From contig NC_043006.1 in NCBI RefSeq assembly GCF_006345805.1, forward strand, positions 6,386,001 through 6,450,000: a DNA stretch of 64,000 nucleotides, in the 5' to 3' direction. Positions 1 to 11,859 of this stretch are shown piece after piece. Position 1 is the stretch's first letter; the number at the start of each line of letters is the position of its first letter. A program made the position numbers and the translations under genes. Below the pieces are notes generated by a model, which saw nothing but the letters and a program-made list of their open reading frames with translations, was not told the DNA's origin and did no database searches. This DNA comes from Octopus sinensis (Eukaryota).

Positions 1-56
1 TTGCCACAGGTTTGGCCGATTTGGGCTTTGATGTTGATGTCGGACCTCTCTTTGCT
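1..56 (+). CDS. MMUT: Methylmalonyl-CoA mutase, internal exon (5'-truncated by window edge)
   Basis: Frame starting at 3 reads ATGLADLGFDVDVGPLFA, matching MMUT ATGFADLGFDVDIGPLFQ; followed by donor gtatgt at 57 (phase 0). Confidence 0.95.
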
Positions 57-203
57 GTATGTATCTTGAATTCTTTCTGATTTTTATTTCTTTTTGTTCT
101 ATCAATCTGGCTTGCTCTTAACACCTACCTAATCCCCCACTCCTTTATAGGGTCAGAATTATTGTCTTCTTACCTATGTGTCCTAGTTATAAACATACAT
201 CAT

Positions 204-602
204 ATCTTTATAGATAAAAGTCAAGTTGTGTGTCTGTCTCCTACGATCTAGATTCCTAACTACTCCCACATTTTGCGGTGCAGTTTAACCAAAACCGGGT
301 ATCTTATAGTCGTGATTCATATCGAGCCCTTCTGGGTATTAGCGTGCGTCTACGATGAGTCTACGATTTAAAAAAAAATTTACCATAATTTTTTTCCATT
401 TTAATGCATTTTTCGCTATTATATAAGGGAAGTAACTCTCTAAAAATGTCTACGATGAGTCAACGATTTAAAAAAAAATTTACCATAATTTTTTTTCCAT
501 TTTTAATGCATTTTTTTGCTATTTTTTGGCTATAACTCTCTAAAAATGCTTATATACTTATTTCCCTTACAAACCTGAGCAACGCCGGGCGATACTGCTA
601 GT
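204..602 (-). mobile_element. Non-autonomous Helitron/Helentron-like (DINE-1/HINE-like) element, family H1
   Basis: 5' end ACTAGCAGTATCGCCCGGCGTTGCTC(A/G)GG, 3' end gacagacacacaac...ttttat(a/c)tataaagat; no TSD; six copies in window. Confidence 0.6.
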
Positions 603-688
603 ATATATATAAAGTTAATCCAAACATGAAAACACAAAGAGAAAACAACAACACGAGGACGTGGAACAAGTATAGTGTTATTGACGCT

Positions 689-735
<47 letters not shown>

Positions 736-743
736 TTCTTTAC

Positions 744-1733
744 TAATAATAATAATGTTCGTCCTTCGGGTTTGAAGATGACCACTGACATCATCTGGTG
801 GAACTGCCGCTATGAGACCGGAGGTGGCTGGTGAGGCCAACCCGGGCAAGGAAGCCCCTCCCACTGGTGGGGCAGAAGTGGCTAGGGGCCGTGCTACTGG
901 TGCAGGCGGCTCTGGCTTTCCGCATCTGGCGTTTCTGCTCTGCTGACCGAATCCGTCCCTCCTCGGCTGTCCCTGCTCCCACGGTGATTGCGCTGCGCCA
1001 GGATGAGCGGTTGGCAGCAAGTGTCTCTCAGGTCTCTGTGCTGATGGAGAAGTCTTTGAGAGAGACCTTGAGACTGTCCTTGAAGCGCTTCTTCTGCCCT
1101 CCGACTTTGCGTTTGCCCTGGCTGAGTTCACCGTAGAAGAGCTGTTTTGGGATGCGAGTGTCGGACATGCGGGAGACGTGGCCCGCCCATCTCAGCTGGG
1201 CCTTGCGCATGATCGTGATGGTGCTAGGGAGATCTGCCTGCTTCAGAACTTCCGTGTCTGGGACTTTGTCCTGCCAGCGGATATGAAGGAGGTTCCGAAG
1301 ACACCTGAGGTGGAAGTGGTTTATCTGGCGCTCGTGCCTTCGGTAAGCAGTCCACGTCTCGCAGCCGTATAGTAGGGTGGTAAGCACGACTGCCCGGTAG
1401 ACTTTCAGCTTGGTGTTGAGGCTGATTCCTCTCCGCTCCCAGACTTTCTTTCGCAGTCTCCCAAACGCACTGCTTGCCTTGGAGATTCTGTTGATGGTTT
1501 CAGCATCTATGTTGGCATTGCAGGAGAGAGTGCTGCCCAGGTAGGTGAAGTTTTCCACCGCTCGTAGGATCCGTCTGTTCACCTTTATCTGAGGCTCATG
1601 GTATTGTTTGCCGGGGGCTGGCTGAAACATCACTTCGGTTTTCTTGGCACTGATGGTGAGACCGAAGTTGTCACAGGCTGATGAGAACCTGTCCATCTCG
1701 AGCTGCATCTCCTGCTCATCGATTGCATTAAGG
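744..1733 (-). mobile_element. RTE-clade LINE, 3' part of RT with (ATT)n tail
   Basis: ORF 1028-1708 (FGLTIS.KKTEVM, FTYLGS, LLYGCETWT, WAGHV.RM) continues after one in-frame TGA into ORF 791-982 with a C-terminal CPTS...HLRSH motif; tail acgaacattattattatt. Confidence 0.92.
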
Positions 1734-2097
1734 AATCATTCAGGGACACAGTTCATTCCATCGCCCTTGAAACTCTAGGCCAAGTTATGAGGAACCACCA
1801 GGACTGGTTCGACGAAAACGACCAGGAAATCCAAAAGCTCCTGGAAGAGAAACGCCGTCTGCTGCGGGCTCACCAAAATGACACCACCTGCACGGCAAAG
1901 AAGGCTGCTTTCAACAACATTCGCAGCACAGTCCAGGCTAAACTCCGCCTCATGCAAGACGCATGGTTAAGCGCCAAGGCGGATGAGATTCAGGGATACG
2001 CAGACAAACACGACACCAAGAAATTCTACGAGGCGCTGAAAGCTGTCTATGGACCGCAGTTCTCCTTTGGATCAACCCCCCAGCTCAGCTCGGATGG
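1734..2097 (+). mobile_element. Inverted upstream segment of the same RTE LINE (EN-RT linker)
   Basis: ESFRDTVHSIALETLGQVMRNHQDWFDEND...FYEALKAVYGP is the RTE linker, in the opposite orientation to 744-1733. Confidence 0.85.
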
Positions 2098-2098
2098 A

Positions 2099-2325
2099 TT
2101 TCTTTACTACCCACAAGGGGTTAAACATATAGGGGACAAACAAGGACAGACAAACGGATTAAGTTGATTACATTGACCCCAGTGCGAAACTAGTACTTTA
2201 TTTATCGACCCCGAAAGGATGAAAGGCAAAGTTGACCTCGGCAGAATTTGAACTCAGAATGTAACGACAGACGAAATACCGCTAAGCATTTCACCTGGCG
2301 TGCTAACGTTTCTGTCAGGTTGCTG

Positions 2326-2327
<2 letters not shown>
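2099..2327 (-). mobile_element. SINE family B
   Basis: Head agctggcagaaacgttagc...gagttcaaattccgcc; central gcctttcatcctttcggggtcgataaa; tail ccccttgtgggtagtaaagaaa. Other copies: 6070-6290(+), 16660-16870(-), 18904-19320(-, dimer), 19645-19785(+), 34021-34240(-), 41700-41920(+), 51530-51680(+), 55680-55912(+), 59698-59917(-). Confidence 0.88.
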
Positions 2328-2394
<67 letters not shown>

Positions 2395-2704
2395 TCTGTA
2401 CGTCTGGCTTGTTCTAATGGCTTACCTAATTCTCCGTTGTTACACACTTTATAAAGACGGTGCTATCTTTATAGTACTCCAGCATGACCGCAACTTTTGA
2501 GCTGAAACTAGTTAAAGAGATTAAAGAGATCCATTATATATAATTGTTATATTATAATTGAAAGTAAATAATTTTCAGAATTTTAATTCTTACTGATGCG
2601 TTGCCCAGAGTTACTGCTTCTATGTAGTCACCTGTTAAAAATAGTTAACGTTATATTACTAAACCTGTGTTACAGTAAATTAGCTGTCTCAAGATTTATT
2701 CACT

Positions 2705-3109
2705 ACTAGCAGTATCGCCCGGCGTTGCTCGGGTTTGTAAGGGAAATAACTATATAAGCATTTTTAGAGAGTTATAGCAAAAAAAATAGCAAAAAAATGC
2801 ATTAAGAATGGGAAAAAAATGATGGTAAATTTTTTTTTAAATCGTTGACTCATCGTAGACATTTTTAGAGAGTTACTTCCCTTATATAATAGCGAAAAAA
2901 TGCATTAAAATGGAAAAAAATGATAGTAAATTTTTTTTTAAATCATAGACTCATCGTAGGCGTGCACTAATACCCAGAAGGGCTCGATATGAATCACGAC
3001 TATAAGATACCCAGTTTTGGTTAAACTGCACCGCAAAATGTGGGAGTAGTTAGTAATCTAAATCGTAGGAGACAGACACTCACACAACTTCTCTTTTATA
3101 TATAAAGAT
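2705..3109 (+). mobile_element. H1 Helitron/Helentron-like element
   Basis: Same termini as 204-602; both carry an internally duplicated block. Confidence 0.6.
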
Positions 3110-3233
3110 TTAGTGAAAGAAACCAATAAATAAATAATTGGTTATAGCAATACCTTATCCCTGGCTTTAGATGACCAAAGATACTGTATAGTCGGTCATT
3201 ATGTCTTCATTGTCTTTTGTTCTCTTTCAACAG

Positions 3234-3361
3234 ACACCGAGAGAAGCTGCCCAGCAAGCTATCGATGCTGACGTGCATATAGTTGGAGTTAGTTCCCTTG
3301 CAGCTGGTCACAAAACCTTGGTCCCACAACTCATTCAAGAATTGAAAAATTTACAAAGATC
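3234..3361 (+). CDS. MMUT: Methylmalonyl-CoA mutase exon (B12-binding domain)
   Basis: Acceptor tctctttcaacag; reads [42 protein letters not shown]; donor gtaagt at 3362 (phase 2); in frame with the preceding exon. Confidence 0.97.
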
Positions 3362-3449
3362 GTAAGTATTAACACATTTAATGTAACACGCTACACAGTG
3401 TATTGCTGTCTTTTTAGAAGAATATACCATAGTGAACTACTGTATGACA

Positions 3450-4640
3450 TAGTATATTTCTGTATAACATAGCTTTCGACATAGTTCCCCCTCTCTGTTA
3501 CCTGGTGGTCTCTGAGGAACTGAGGAGTAGAGGAGTGGTTTGTTAGAGCAGTACAAGCCATGTACAGTGATGCTGTCAGTAAGATGAGAGTTGGCCATAA
3601 ATACAGGGATGAATTCAGCATACAAGTAGGGGTTCACCAGGCTCTTAGTTCACTCTTTTTTATCGTAGTCCTCCAGACCATAACAGCAGAATTCAAAACT
3701 GGATGCCCATGAGAACTGCTATAGGCTGATAACCTGAAGCAGAATTGGAGAAGAAATTCTGGGTATGGAAGCAAAACCTGGAATCAAAGGGCCTTAAAGT
3801 TAACCTAGCAACACCAAAGTTGTTGTCAGCAAGAAAGCCGATAAGACTCGCTTTCCATCGGATAAATGGCCCTGCTCAGTTTGTAGGAAAGGAGTGGGAA
3901 GTAATTCCATTTGCTGCACTGAGTTTAAGCTACGGACACACAAGAGGTGCAATGGAATCACAGGTAGATTAACAGATAAGGCTGCCTTTGTGTGTGGCAG
4001 ATGTGTGCAGGAAGAATAAGTACTAAGAGCATGCAGGACTCTCTGAAATGTCCAGGAGGCTCTCTTGAGGAAGTACATGTTTTATGCTACTTAGGTGACC
4101 AAATTAGTAATGGTGGTGGACGCTCTGAAAGTGTCGTCACAAGAACAAGAATAGGATAGAGGAAATTCAAAGAACTACTACCTCTGTTGGCAACAAAGTG
4201 AAAGGTAGACTATATGATGCTTGTGTATGAATGACTATACTCCATGGTAGTGAAGCATGGGCTCTGAATGCAGAGGATGTGTAGACTAGAGAGGAACGAA
4301 GGTAGTATGTTGTGCAGGATGTGCAACATCAGAGTGCATGAACAACAAAATGTAACTGTTGAGAGAAAACATTGGGCACAAGAAGAATTAAATGCAGGAG
4401 ATGAGACTAAAATTGGTTTGGACATATGATGTGTATGAATGAAGACAGCTGAATAAAGAAGTACTGGTCACTGAAAGTGGATGATACCTGTGGAAGAGGG
4501 AGCCCCAGGAAGACATGGGATGAAGTGGTGAGGACTGATCTCAGGATGTTAGGGCTCACAGAGGAAATGACAATGGACCAAGATTTCTTGCATTATGAGG
4601 TTCTATAGAGAACCTGCCCACATCGGCGAAACTGAGTGCT
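3450..4640 (+). mobile_element. Decayed RTE-type LINE (RT with zinc-finger-like insertion)
   Basis: Degenerate GVHQG, LSPLLF...ELLYADD-like, WPCSVCRKGVG.NSI and LHGSEAW motifs with stops and frameshifts. Confidence 0.8.
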
Positions 4641-5341
4641 AGAAAGAAGCATTGCATCCCACCCACACGTAACAAAATTTTCACACACCCCTACCCCAAG
4701 AAGCCAAACTACATCTCATCTCATCTAAACTGTATTTTCTCTCTTCCTCACATTTCCTCTTCATACACTGGGATTATCTCCTACTCCCCTTCCCTACCCT
4801 CACTGCCCTGCTCACTGAATCACTGCTTTCTCCACCCCTTCTATACCCAGGTTCTTATCAGTCATTGCAATCCCCACTCCCTACTCATACCTTCTTGGCA
4901 ATACCTGGCCACATATATTCTGACTTCCATACCTTGAAAGCTTACCCTGGCAATTGCCACCATGTATCCCTCTCTCTTTACTCTACATATCCCATCTGTG
5001 CTTTGATCCCTGTTCCTTGCAAGTATACCCTGGCACTTAACCATTCTCACTTTCCTGCTCTCTCTTACACTTTTACTGTCTCCCACTTTCTCTCTCTCTC
5101 TCTTTTCTTTGCTCCCAGATTTACTTCTTGAATTTTACACCATTTGTTCTCCTTCATGTATTTTTCAAATAAACATTTTCTTTATTATAAATTATTTGGT
5201 TACAGAGAGAGAGAGAGAGAGAGTCAAAGAATCTTATTTATATAAATCACTTCCTGCAAAATTTATTGTAAATAACAAACGCTTTAAAGTACATACAGTA
5301 AAAATCTCATTCGGCAAAATGAAGTAGAAATACTATTCTTT

Positions 5342-5741
5342 TTTTTTTTTTTTTAACTTGTTTCAGTCATTTGACTGTGGCCATGCTGGAGCACCGCCTT
5401 TAATCGAGCAACTCGACCCCGGGACTTATTCTTTTGTAAGCCCAGTACTTATTCTATTGGTCTCTTTTGCCGAACTGCTAAGTAACGGGGACATAAACAC
5501 ACCAGCATCAGTTGTCAAGCAATGCTAGGGGGACAAACACAGACACACAAACACACACACACGCATATATATATATACATATATATGACGGGCTTCTTTC
5601 AGTTTCCATCTACCAAATCCACTCACAAGGCTTTGGTCGGCCCGGGGCTATAGTAGAAGACACTTGCCCAAGGTGCCACGCAGTGGGACTGAACCTGGAA
5701 CCATGTGGTTGGTAAGCAAGCTACTTACTACACAGCCACTG
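5342..5741 (-). mobile_element. SINE family A (tRNA-like head, central (TA)n, (TAAAAGA)n-like tail)
   Basis: Head ggcg(c/t)aggagtggctgtgtggtaag...ggttcagtccc with A/B-box-like motifs. Other copies: 6838-7253(-), 7748-7895(-, 5' half), 8270-8470(+, 5' half), 11310-11520(-, 3' half), 20636-21045, 21726-22190, 22871-23338, 33907-34440, 37632-37865(3' half), 50428-50878, 51725-52133(-), 58405-58815(-), 58840-59315(-). Confidence 0.9.
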
Positions 5742-5936
5742 TAAACATCTTTTAAATTTTATTTTCATTCTCTAATTTTTGAGTTTTTCTCATTAAGAAT
5801 TGTTTGTAGATATTTGCTTTATTTAGACATGTTTATATGGTTCCTTAAAATTAATTTGTGTTGTTATTACAAGGAGTGAAATATCTGTTTATGTCTGTCA
5901 ACAATCAATCGATTTTATTCATTTCTTTATTGTCAG

Positions 5937-6025
5937 AGATATAATTGTTGTTGTTGGAGGTGTGATTCCACCACAGGATTATAAAGAGCTGATGGAATCT
6001 GGGTGTGCTGCAGTATTTGGCCCAG
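5937..6025 (+). CDS. MMUT: Methylmalonyl-CoA mutase exon
   Basis: Acceptor tttattgtcag; reads (S)[29 protein letters not shown](G); donor gtacag at 6026 (phase 1). Confidence 0.96.
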
Positions 6026-7704
6026 GTACAGTTACCTTTTATTTACTATATTTAATATTCTGAAACAAAATTGCAGCAAGCTGGCAGAATCGTTAGTGCC
6101 CCCAGGGGCGAAATGCTGTGTGGAGTTTCATCCATGTTTATGTTCTGAGTTCAGATTCTGCCAGTAATGTTTTTGCCTTTCATCCTTTCAAGGTTGATAA
6201 AGTAAGTACTAGATTGAGCACTGGGGTCGATGTAATCAACTTATGCTCTCCCCCAAAATTGCTGGCCTGTTGCCAAAATTTGAAATGAATACAATTGCAG
6301 CGTGGAAGGTGTTTATAAGCCATCCCCGATCAAACCGTCTAACTCATGTTAGCATGGAAAGTGGACATTAAATGATGAATTAATGAACAGAACTGTCGGG
6401 TATTTAAAAAAAGCAGTCTAAAACCTCAAGGGAGGTAACTCTGCAAACTGAAATGTTTGGAAAATTTAAATAAATACGGATAGGAATTGATGTTGTCTTG
6501 AAAGCAAACTGCTAAAGTAACTGACATGTTTTGTTATTGTTAAACCTTTTCAGTGAAACTAAGAGTAAGCTATCCATCTGTCGACCTGTGTGGGTAGGGC
6601 ATAATTTGTTGAGGCAAATGTTTCTAATACCATATACCCTTCTTGTCACCAGTCATTACCCGTTTCCAAATGAGTTGATGTTTTCCTCATTATCAAACAT
6701 ATTTTCATGTAATATTCCTAACAAAGGATACTGCTTTGATAGTGATGTGTTGTCAAGGAAAGGGGACAATAACATACACACACATCATCATCATCGTTTA
6801 ATGTCTGTTTCCCATGGTGTGTGTATGTATATATATTTTTTCTTTTCTTTTATTTCTTTTACTTGTTTCAGTCATTTGACTGTGGCCATGCTGGAGCACC
6901 GCCTTTAGTCGAGCAAATCGACCCCGGGACTTATTCTTTGGAAGCCCAGTACTTATTCTATCGGTCTCTTTTGCCGAACCACTAAGTGACGGGGACGTAA
7001 ACATACCAGCATTGGTTGTCAAGCAATGCTAGGGGGACAAACACAGACACACAAACATACACACATACATATATATATATATACATATATACGACAGGCT
7101 TCTTTCAGTTTCCGTCTACCAAATCCACTCAAGGCATTGGTCGGCCCAGGGCTATAGCAGAAGACACTTGCCCAAGATGCCACGCAGTGGGACTGAACCC
7201 GGAACCATGTGGTTGGTTAGCAAGCTACTTACCACACAGCCACTCCTGCGCCTATATGTATATATATGTATATAATTTTAAAATAGGATAAAATCTTCAT
7301 AAGAATTTATCAAGTAGTTAGCGTGAAGAACCTCATAAGAGAAAAAAAAACCATCAATTTTTTTCCTTAAATTTATTTATTTATATTATATAGTGGGTAC
7401 TATTACACATAGATGCCACACGCTAGTAGGGACTCTTAAAGTCAAAACTACTAAAATAGATAAACACATCGTACCGATGTTTATTCATTATATATCTTGA
7501 ATTATGCTTGCACTGAGGAGTAAAAAGTGCATAAAACTGCACCAATTACGAAATCACAGTGTGATATGCGGCTAAATTCTGTTTTTAAATGACCTGCTTC
7601 GAGAGAATTGGTTTTGGTACGATGTGTTTATTTATTTTAGTTGTTTTGACTTTAAGAGTCCCTCCTAGCATGTAGCATCTATGTATAATAGTGCCCTCTA
7701 TATA

Positions 7705-7750
<46 letters not shown>

Positions 7751-8430
7751 GACAGACTTGTTTCAGTTTCCATGTACCAAATACACTCACAAAGCCTTGA
7801 TTGGTCAAGGACTATAGTAAACGCTTGCCCACGGTTCTATGTAGTGGACTGAACTTGAAACCATGTGATTGGAAAGCAAACTCTTTAACCACACATATGT
7901 CTGTCAGTCTGTCTGTTGGTCAGTCTTTTGGTTGGTTGGCTAGCTGGTCATTTTATTGATAGACAGGTAGAGAGATAGAGGGAAAAGCAGATGGAATGAG
8001 GTGGCTCTGACAATACAGCCGACTCGAGTATTGTATATCCAAATGTTTTGATGTATATGTGGATGAAATAATACTCAAAGCATCATGTAGATAAGAGTGT
8101 GTACGAGTATGCTCCCTGGCTGTGAACTTAGGATGATGTTCTTAGCAAATGCTCATGTGTTCAAATCTTATTCCAGTCATCTGGGAAACTCTTGAGTTAA
8201 ACACTTAACTCTGCTTGTTACTGTTTTTCTTACTGTTAAAGGAAGTTTTACTTCTATTTCATATTAAGGTGTTGGCATGGCTCTGTGGTTAAGAAGTTCG
8301 TTTCCCAAACATGTGGTTTCAGGTTCAGTCCCACTGTGAGTCACTTTGGGCTAGTGTCTTCTACTACAGCTCTCTACTGACCAAAACCTTGTGACTGGAT
8401 TTGGTGGATGGAAACTGAAAGAAGCTTGTT

Positions 8431-8480
<50 letters not shown>

Positions 8481-8892
8481 TGTGTTGGCATCATGTGATG
8501 ATTGTAAAATTGCTTCACTCTCAAAAAAGTGGTATTTTTTAATTTCAATTTTGTATGGATACATGTTTACCCATGGGGTAATATCAGCTTACTTGGAAAT
8601 AATTTTGGTTTGGCAACGGGAAGGAACATCACAATAAAAACATCTATTGCAACAAATTCCATCTGATTCGTGTAAGCGTGGGAAAGTGGACATTAAGATG
8701 AGGATAAAGATGAGGATAAGGGCATCCACCTGCAAAAACAAATGCTTAGATATTTTCTTTTCTTTTCGGAACACAACAAAATGAAGTCATAAAAATTTAG
8801 AGATTCTGTTAATTGCTGCTACAATATAATTTTAGAGATTTCTGAAGTGTATACGTGTTATCAATGATTTTGTTGTTTTGCTTGTCTTTTAG

Positions 8893-8981
8893 GAACTAGA
8901 CTAACCGATGCTGCTCTGAATCTCTTGGAGTGTCTTGAAAATAAGGTGCCATCTTATCAGAAAGGTGGTGTGGCCGAATAA
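8893..8981 (+). CDS. MMUT: Methylmalonyl-CoA mutase terminal coding exon
   Basis: Acceptor ttgtcttttag; reads (G)TRLTDAALNLLECLENKVPSYQKGGVAE then TAA at 8979-8981; phases of all four exons join without frameshift. Confidence 0.93.
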
Positions 8982-9220
8982 ACCTCATTCTTTTGTTGTA
9001 ATGTTTCTGTTGTGAACGCTGTGTCCCTTACACAATATATGACATATACATGTAATATATGGCACATATCTATTATATGGCATATATTGAAGTTCTGATG
9101 CAGTTTAGTTTGAGTTGTTATTTTTCTTGTTTTGGTATGTTCTTCCACTAGCAATGAATTTGAGGAAATATATTGTATGATGTAAAGAAATATTCCTCTA
9201 CAAGCAGTCTGACTTCAGTA

Positions 9221-9385
9221 AATAAATGATTTTAATTTTCAATGAAATGGAATTTGCTATTGTTGTCAATAACAATTTTTAATACCCTTCTCAAAATCAT
9301 TTCTAAATACACATCTTTTATACATACATATAAAAGTACATTTACTGTTCTCTATACAATTAAAAATACTAACTTCAAAAATAAA
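9221..9385 (+). promoter_or_regulatory. Candidate MMUT polyadenylation signals
   Basis: AATAAA at 9221-9226 and 9380-9385 downstream of the stop; another AATAAA (8977-8982) overlaps the stop codon. Usage cannot be determined from DNA. Confidence 0.35.
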
Positions 9386-9390
9386 CCTCT

Positions 9391-9619
9391 TTAACTCTTT
9401 CATTACTGTATTTATTTTGAGATGCTCTGTGTTTCTTTCAATTACTTTAAATATAACAAAGAATTTAGTAAAATAACTTAGTTATCATTCAGCTAGTGTT
9501 GGGAGCATGAATTGTGACTAAGGTTTGGTGGAAGATTTTAATTCAAAACTTATGGAAACAAGACATTTCTACTACAGAGCCAGAGCTGGTTTCAACCGGG
9601 TTTGTAACGAAAGGGTTAT
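9391..9619. mobile_element. TTAA-bounded MITE (piggyBac-like)
   Basis: Ends ttaa-ctctttcattac and gtaacgaaaggg-ttat are imperfect inverted repeats of TTAACCCTTTCGTTAC. Confidence 0.6.
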
Positions 9620-10450
9620 GAGATTTAAAAAAGTTAACTTCTAAATATGTTGTCTATTTTATTTAAGATTATTGACTTAATTTCACATTCATATTTGAGT
9701 ATCTATTATAATATATGCATATACATACCTTATTCAGGTGTACTTAAAGGATTTATAGGTGCCTAGACCCTAGACCACTTGTAACTGAATAACATCTCTT
9801 AGTATTATACAGTCCCTGTAATTACCTTACAAGTGGTTCTACATTGCATATGTAAGTTGAAATTTTCACAGTTTTGACAGAATGGGTATAATTATTATTT
9901 TTAGCATTAGTGCGGACACTGTATTGGCAGAATTGTAAGAAAATCAGAAAAATACCTTGTGGCATTTGTTCCATCACTTTACATTCTGAATTCAGATTTG
10001 TTTTTAATTCCTCTGGAGTTAAGATAGAATAGCAGTCAAGTATTGACGAGATACAATCAACTAATCCTATTGGATTTATGTGTAAATCAGAAACTCTTCA
10101 TTTTAGTTTCTGTGAAAGTTTAGAATTCGACAATCTTGTAGAAAGTTCTGAAGTGTTGACGGAGGCAATTTATTTTGATTTTACTTTGAATATTTCCATT
10201 TTTCTGAAATTCCCTGAAAATTTACATAAATTATTTTTTTAATAATAAAACAGAATATTGCAAAATGTAATTCTTGAAATTGTTTTTATTTGTTGAGAGA
10301 CAAAATTTGTAAAATTATCATTTTGGGGTGTTTGAACTGGCAAGGCAAAGGACAGTTTTGAAAATTTGCTCATGCTGTACTAGTGAGAAGCAACAGAGGT
10401 ACCATCTATGATGATATTGTTGATGATGATGGTGGTGATGATAATGGTGT

Positions 10451-10880
10451 TAGTTAGTTAGTTAGTTAATTTTTGGCTCAAAAGCAAATAGCAAGGCCAT
10501 GTAGGGGGACATGGAGTTAAGTACAGGGTGGTGTTCATGTAAAGAGTTTAGGCCACTTGAGGTCAAGGGAGGCTTTGAACAAAGCGGTCGTCGGCATCTT
10601 CACCATCTCGTCTGGCAGCTTGTTCCACGGATCCGCAACCCGGACGGAGAAAGCTCCTCTCCTTCGATTGAGATGAAATCGTCGCAGGTAGAGCTTTTCG
10701 GAATGACCCCACAGCCGACGCTCTGGAGCAGGAGTGAAGAACAGCTCTTTCGAGAGGTTACACTTTCCGCTTATGATGTTGTGAGCAAGAATGAGATCAC
10801 CACGGCGACGGCGTTTTTCTCGAGAATAAAGGTCGAGCATCCTCAGCCTTTCTTCATAAGACAAATTTTTGAGACCATGT
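10451..10880 (-). mobile_element. CR1-like LINE 3' fragment with (TAAC)n tail
   Basis: YEERLRMLDLYS..KRRRRGDLI, FSVRVADPWNKLP; tandem gtta repeats at 10451-10469. Confidence 0.85.
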
Positions 10881-11642
10881 TGTTATGTCAATGGCATTTA
10901 CTAGGCAAACAGAATATTAACCATTCTCAAGTAATGGTAACACTACAACCTAGCTCCTGCTAATTGAGGAATTTTTTGAACCCCAAAATGTATGTGCACA
11001 TGCACACACACAAACGTGCACACGCATGCACGTGCACACACAGAATCTATTCTTCATCAGTGGTCATGCTTCAATGGGTTGGTGCATATCACTGGCTTTT
11101 GACATGTAGCTGATCTATTTCTAGAAAATGTTGCCTGCAGAAGGATTTTAGTTCCTTACTGCCAATTAACAAATTACTTATCAATTTTCATGTTAAACCA
11201 CTCTGTTATATTGACTAAGGTGAAGTCACCCACTGTGCATTGTCTTGACCAGTATAAACTGCAAGCTCGCTGTGTACATATATGTGTGTGTGTGTGTGTG
11301 TGTGTGTTTCATCTTTTACTTGGTTTCAGTCAGTAGACTGTGGCAATGCTACTGCACCACTTTCAAGTGTTACTGTTGACGAGATGACTCCAGGACTTAA
11401 TTGTCTAAGTCTGGCACTTATTCTATTTAGCTCTTTTGTTGAACTGCAAAGTTATAGAGATTGAAACCATCAATGGTTGGTTGTTAGGCAGTCCTGGAAG
11501 GTAAATAAAGACACATATGTATATATATATATATACATACATACATGTATGTATATATGTATATATATACATACATACATACATACATGTATGTATATAT
11601 GTATATATATATATTATATATATATATACATACATGTATGTA

Positions 11643-11682
<40 letters not shown>

Positions 11683-11711
11683 CATACATGTATGTATATA
11701 TGTATATATAT

Positions 11712-11755
<44 letters not shown>

Positions 11756-11859
11756 CATGTATGTATATATATATATATACATACATATATATATGCATAT
11801 AGGGATATATATATATATGCATATATATATACATATATATGTATGTATATGTATATATG

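Noticed and set aside
831-1372. Plus-strand ORFs 831-1136 and 1178-1372, and similar ORFs antisense to other LINE fragments
   Set aside because: Shadow frames of the RTE/CR1 coding strands.
11040-11065. CUGAUGA plus hairpin on the minus strand as another hammerhead
   Set aside because: No GAAA or stem III follows; the sequence runs into (GT)n.
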